Part shown: piece by piece, positions 59,852-64,000 of the stretch
Layout: each line of letters opens with the position of its first letter
Numbering within the stretch: position 1 is the stretch's first letter
Origin: Deltaproteobacteria bacterium
Lineage (GTDB): Bacteria > DRYD01
Direction: 5' to 3'
Length of the DNA: 64,000 bases
NCBI GenBank assembly: GCA_028276365.1
Contig: JAPYWL010000003.1
Coordinates: 4,272-68,271, forward strand
Notes under the pieces: generated by a model
The model's database searches: none
Seen by the model: only the letters and a program-made list of their open reading frames with translations
What the model was told of the DNA's origin: nothing
Made by a program: the position numbers and the translations under genes

Positions 59852-60661
59852 ATGATAGGATTAATTTTATTAGGCTATGGAAAATCAGAACGTTTCTTAA
59901 AATCAATATCAAATAATGATTTAATAAATAATCCCTCATTAATCAATACAAAATTATACAATTATATTTTAAATTCTTTAAAAAATAACTTTAATAAAAT
60001 TTTTCTTAATATAACAGAGAAAAAAAGTATAGCAGATTTTTCTATTGATGTATTTTCTAAAATCAGCGATTTAATAAAAAGTGTAGTTTTTGTATGTGAC
60101 TTAAATTTAGATATAAAAAAATATGAAAATATTTTTAATGAAGTTTTAATAACAGAAGGCGGTAATCTAAGACAAATTAGTTCATACAAAGGGCTCCAAA
60201 AATTAAAAGAATCGAAATATTTTAATGAAATAGAATATATAATTATTCACGACTTAGCTAGGCCCTTAATAACTCTAAAAATGCTTAATGATTTAATAGA
60301 TAATATAAAAGACTATGATGGATGTACTTTATATATAAATCCAATGGATTCCGTAGCATTTGAATTTGATAAAAATTTAAGCTATATTAATAGGGAAAAA
60401 ATCTTATTAATACAAACTCCACAAATATTTAAAAAAGAAGCAATAATAAATGCTCATGAACTAGCTAAATCTGAAAAAGATACCTTTAGTGATGATTTAT
60501 CTATATTAGAATTTTATACCACTTTTAAAATAAATTACATACTTGGTCATAAATTTAATATTAAAATAACTGATATTAATGATTACTTTATTGTATTTAA
60601 TCTACTAAATTTTTTAATTAACAATAATTTATATAACGATTACTTAGCAGGAAAAATATAA
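59852..60661 (+). CDS. ispD: 2-C-methyl-D-erythritol 4-phosphate cytidylyltransferase-like
   Basis: LLGYGKSERF (compare AAGxGxRM), IIIHDLARPLIT and IQTPQIF. The sequence is divergent. Confidence 0.6.
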   Translation: MIGLILLGYGKSERFLKSISNNDLINNPSLINTKLYNYILNSLKNNFNKIFLNITEKKSIADFSIDVFSKISDLIKSVVFVCDLNLDIKKYENIFNEVLITEGGNLRQISSYKGLQKLKESKYFNEIEYIIIHDLARPLITLKMLNDLIDNIKDYDGCTLYINPMDSVAFEFDKNLSYINREKILLIQTPQIFKKEAIINAHELAKSEKDTFSDDLSILEFYTTFKINYILGHKFNIKITDINDYFIVFNLLNFLINNNLYNDYLAGKI

Positions 60662-60788
60662 AAAATTTAAAAATTAAAAAATTTTAATAAATTATTATCA
60701 TTTTTTTCATTTTTTAACAAATTTAAAATAAAAATTAAATAATTTTTTTATATTAGTAATAGCTACAAAAGTAGAAAGGAAGATAACT

Positions 60789-61733
60789 ATGAATTTGCTA
60801 TTTTTTATCCTAATTACACTAATTCTAGTTATAATAATATACATTTTGTTGAAAAATAAAAATAATAAGAAAATTGGAGAAAATTTAAAAACAAATAAAG
60901 AACCAGAAAAAATAGAATTAAAACAAATTAATGATAAACAAAAAAGAATAGGAAATTATATAGTTATAAAGTTTTTAGGAGAAGGGGCAACTAGTAAAGT
61001 TTTCTTAGTAAAAAAAGATAATTCCTTATTTGCTTTAAAACAACTAAATATAATAGACGATGAATTAAAAAAAAGATTTGATAGAGAAATAGCAATACTA
61101 AAAGAATTAAAACATAAAAATATAGTTAGCATAATAGACAGTGGGATATATGAAGAAAAACCTTTTATAGTCATAGACTATGTAGATGGAGATTCTTTAG
61201 ATAGGATAGCACCTAAATTAAATATCATCCAAAAATTAGATATTCTCATTTCAGCAGCTAATGGAATAGCATATCTACACTCTAAAGGTATAATCCATAG
61301 AGATATAAAACCTGAAAACATACTCGTTAGTAAAGATCTAAGTACAGTAAAAATAGCAGATTTAGGGATTTCAAAAGTAGTTTATTGGAAACCTATAACC
61401 CAGGAAGGTCAAATCTTAGGAACCCCCGCTTATATGGCTCCTGAGCTACTTGAAGGTAAATCAGATGACCCAAGAATCGATATCTACGCATTTGGAATAA
61501 CTATGTATGAAGTACTTACACATAATGTACCCTTTGATGGAAAACCTTCTGAAATTATCTTAAAACATATTAAAGAAGAACCTAAATTACCTTCATTGTT
61601 AAATCCTGAGATTCCGCAAGCTTTAGATAAAATTATAATGAAATGTCTAGAAAAAAAACCAGAACGTAGATATAAATCAATGCTAACACTTGTAGAAGAT
61701 CTTATAATGGTTAGAAAAAATCTAAAAATCTAA
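60789..61733 (+). CDS. Membrane-anchored Hanks-type Ser/Thr protein kinase
   Basis: N-terminal TM segment, GEGATSKV, HRDIKPENILV, DLGISK and GTPAYMAPE. Confidence 0.9.
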   Translation: MNLLFFILITLILVIIIYILLKNKNNKKIGENLKTNKEPEKIELKQINDKQKRIGNYIVIKFLGEGATSKVFLVKKDNSLFALKQLNIIDDELKKRFDREIAILKELKHKNIVSIIDSGIYEEKPFIVIDYVDGDSLDRIAPKLNIIQKLDILISAANGIAYLHSKGIIHRDIKPENILVSKDLSTVKIADLGISKVVYWKPITQEGQILGTPAYMAPELLEGKSDDPRIDIYAFGITMYEVLTHNVPFDGKPSEIILKHIKEEPKLPSLLNPEIPQALDKIIMKCLEKKPERRYKSMLTLVEDLIMVRKNLKI

Positions 61734-61778
61734 AAAACTTATAATCACAAAACAAAATCACTAAAATAAATATTAACT

Positions 61779-63008
61779 ATGAAAAATAAAATAAACAAAA
61801 AATCAAATTTAATTAAAATTATTTCTTTTTTAACCTTTTTTATTATTATCTTTAATTTAAAAAAAATATATTCCATAAATTATTCTCTAAATATTGAATA
61901 TGATATTTATCAAATAAATTATACAAAAATATATTATGTAAAAAGCAGTGATAATTTATTGAGCTCATTTAGTATATTAAACAATATAGGAGCATATTAT
62001 GATGAATTAAGTGGGCAGGCTCACTTATGTGAGCATATATTTTTCAAAAATAAATATAATAATACATATATAAAATATACTCCATCTAATTCTGGAGCTT
62101 ATTACAATGCAGCTACATTTAATGACTTCATCATTTTTTATTTCACTTCAAATAATAAATACATCTTAAAAAACATAGATACTTTCTTATATTCAGCTTT
62201 TAACCCATCTTTTAATGAAATTGATGTAAATACAGAAAAAAATGTAGTTATAACAGAATTAAATACAGGTTATCAAGATGAAAATATCTATAAAATTTTC
62301 TCAAAATATTATAAGCCAACAGGTGGAACCGTAAATGATATAAAAAAAATAGATTACAATATTTTATATAACTATTGGAAAAGTAACTATAAGCCAGAAA
62401 ATTTGACTATTATTATTTATTCTTCCCTGCCTTTTCATTACTTTGAGAATTCTATTACAAATTATTTTAAGGGAGAAATAAAATATATCAAAAAAGAAAA
62501 AATATATTTAAAAAATTACCAAGAAATAAAAAATAGCCTATATAATCCTGATAGCAATTTTTATAAAAATTTTATAAATTTTATAAATAAGGAAATAAAA
62601 GATTTTAATACCTTAGAAAATCAAGATTATTTCTATTTTTATATAGAAACTAAAAACAATATAATTTATTATGATCTATTAAGTGAAATAATTAACAAAA
62701 AATATGAAGATTCAAACATTATGAATAACGATAACTTAGAAATATCATCAAGTTTTATACCTACAAAATTAGCTAACTACTTCATTATTAAAATAAAAAA
62801 GACCCAACAAAAAGAGGCTAATTTCTATAAAAATTACCTTTTTAATATTATAAATAGTATTGATTATAAAGATTTAGAGTATGCTTACCTAAAATCTTAT
62901 AGCGATTATTTATACTTTTTTTCCAGTAATTTTGATTTTATTCAGTTTTTCTCTTTTTTAGTTGGATTAAATATATTAGGAGAAATAAAAAAATTTCTAA
63001 ACCCTTAA
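61779..63008 (+). CDS. M16 (pitrilysin)-family peptidase-like protein
   Basis: Inverted zinc motif HLCEH (HxxEH) and a signal-anchor N-terminus. Confidence 0.6.
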   Translation: MKNKINKKSNLIKIISFLTFFIIIFNLKKIYSINYSLNIEYDIYQINYTKIYYVKSSDNLLSSFSILNNIGAYYDELSGQAHLCEHIFFKNKYNNTYIKYTPSNSGAYYNAATFNDFIIFYFTSNNKYILKNIDTFLYSAFNPSFNEIDVNTEKNVVITELNTGYQDENIYKIFSKYYKPTGGTVNDIKKIDYNILYNYWKSNYKPENLTIIIYSSLPFHYFENSITNYFKGEIKYIKKEKIYLKNYQEIKNSLYNPDSNFYKNFINFINKEIKDFNTLENQDYFYFYIETKNNIIYYDLLSEIINKKYEDSNIMNNDNLEISSSFIPTKLANYFIIKIKKTQQKEANFYKNYLFNIINSIDYKDLEYAYLKSYSDYLYFFSSNFDFIQFFSFLVGLNILGEIKKFLNP

Positions 63009-63036
63009 AAATACTTATCAATTAACATCACATTGT

Positions 63037-63801
63037 TTAATCTATTATCTTATTGAATCCACTAGACAATTTTTTTTCAAAATATAATCTCTGTAAAACT
63101 AAATTAATAATGTTATTAAATTCGTTAAAAATTTCAGAACTATTTTGAGTATTAGGTTTTATTAATTTTGAAATAGAAGATATATTTAATATAAAATCCA
63201 AATTATTTATAGAATATTTATAAATATTATTTTTTATTCTATTGATTATTTTTATTGATTTTTCTTTATCAACATCAATTAAACACAAAACAAATATATC
63301 TTGATAAAATCTCCCCACTATATCTATATTACTTCTTATAGAAGAAGAAATTATATTTCCTATCTTCTTAGTAATAAATAAAACTTCATTATAATCCAAA
63401 TTTCTTATCAAATTATAAAAATTATCTATTTCAATTAATGAAAATATAAGGTTTTTCTTAATTCTATAAAAATAAGAATAAATTTGTTCAAATTTAAGAT
63501 AAAACCCATTTATATTTAATAACCCCGTTTCATTATCCGTATACCCCTCAGTTTTTAGTGATAAAATCAAAACTAAAAAATCATTTATTTCTATTGTTTT
63601 TATTTGATAAATTTTGTTATCTAATATACAATTATCTTTATATAATAAATCAGCAAAATCTACTTTGATTTTTTTTAGTAAGCTTTCTACCACAACATTA
63701 TAGTATAAATATTCCTTCGTTTTTTTATCAAGTATTACAACTAAATCACTTAAATTATTTAATATTTCTTTATATAAATCATCTAATTTTAAAACACTCA
63801 T
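63037..63801 (-). CDS. Degenerate GGDEF-domain protein with N-terminal PAS-like region
   Basis: DNETGLLNINGFYLKFE...VGRFYQDIFVLCL has GGDEF-domain topology, but the GG(D/E)EF motif is replaced by RFYQDIF. Confidence 0.5.
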   Translation of the reverse strand: MSVLKLDDLYKEILNNLSDLVVILDKKTKEYLYYNVVVESLLKKIKVDFADLLYKDNCILDNKIYQIKTIEINDFLVLILSLKTEGYTDNETGLLNINGFYLKFEQIYSYFYRIKKNLIFSLIEIDNFYNLIRNLDYNEVLFITKKIGNIISSSIRSNIDIVGRFYQDIFVLCLIDVDKEKSIKIINRIKNNIYKYSINNLDFILNISSISKLIKPNTQNSSEIFNEFNNIINLVLQRLYFEKKLSSGFNKIID

Positions 63802-63804
63802 TTT

Positions 63805-64000
63805 TTACGATTTCCCATTACTTGATTTTTCATTTAATATAAGAAAAGCTAAATTGATATCGTTAATAGTTTTAATTTTATCTAGTAAATTTTTAAACTG
63901 TGATTCTTCTTCAACCTGTTCTTCTAAGAACCAGCTTAGAAATTGAGCAGTTAAGTAATCTTTTTTTTGTAAAGATAAATCATATATATATGAAATCCTT
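63805..64000 (-). CDS. Ferritin-like protein, C-terminal fragment (gene runs off the window)
   Basis: Hand translation gives ...DYLTAQFLSWFLEEQVEEESQFKNLLDKIK..., matching the ferritin motif FLxWFxxEQxEEE. The stop at 63805-63807 is 3 nt before the next ATG. Confidence 0.6.
   Translation of the reverse strand, partial: RISYIYDLSLQKKDYLTAQFLSWFLEEQVEEESQFKNLLDKIKTINDINLAFLILNEKSSNGKS

Noticed and set aside
13009-61174. Short ORFs from the track lying antisense to, or overlapping, long well-supported genes: 13009-13242, 13645-13830, 14113-14322, 28207-28509, 32094-32468, 32926-33114, 33856-34068, 36049-36261, 36949-37185, 51537-51749, 54524-54781, 56722-56913, 59962-60189 and 60956-61174.
   Set aside because: All are embedded in the opposite strand of genes with clear homology signatures. 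They have low-complexity S/L/F/I-rich translations typical of shadow frames in AT-rich DNA, and they lack SD sequences.
1-64000. Search by eye for rRNA, tRNA, CRISPR arrays, transposases, integrases, phage genes and known defence-system genes.
   Set aside because: I saw no GC-rich tRNA-like or rRNA-like islands, no spacer-repeat periodicity, and no recombinase, transposase or phage-like ORFs. The only GC-rich intergenic islands are the three pseudoknot-motif copies.

Overview
This is a 64-kb window of a very AT-rich, tightly packed bacterial chromosome. The composition was judged by eye, not computed. About 67 protein genes are present, and all but five are on the minus strand. The lpxD, hldD and Skp/OmpH-like genes indicate a diderm with LPS. 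I saw no rRNA, tRNA, CRISPR array, transposase, integrase or obvious prophage or defence island.

The content is mainly housekeeping:
- A long ribosomal-protein cluster runs from rpsJ to rplF, followed by rpmJ and rpsM.
- Other core genes include kamA, hslU, deoB, etfA, ybeY, pgpH, atpG, def, nagZ, secD, a short metE-like gene, ruvX, asd, murG, fabH, rny and ispD.
- Accessory genes include peptidases, transporters, GGDEF proteins and a Ser/Thr kinase.

The observations that most deserve a second look are:
1. Three copies of a compact GC-rich motif with pseudoknot potential lie within 7.4 kb, at 40201-40265, 46171-46207 and 47519-47557. They share a conserved core and show compensatory base changes, and they sit exactly at operon boundaries. 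I cannot match them to any riboswitch class I recall.
2. A G9 homopolymer splits a membrane-protein gene that has a strong SD (9742-10294). This looks like a phase-variation contingency locus.
3. The ribosomal cluster is rearranged. An MFS transporter sits between rpsJ and rplC. The genes from rplR to infA, and from rpsK to rplQ, are missing. A 17-bp perfect tandem duplication lies at the rpsM/ruvX junction.
4. Several normally operonic genes are isolated here: atpG, hslU, etfA and secD.

Several N-termini in the ORF track appear over-extended through TTG/GTG codons. I re-set those starts to SD-preceded ATG/TTG codons that give canonical N-termini.
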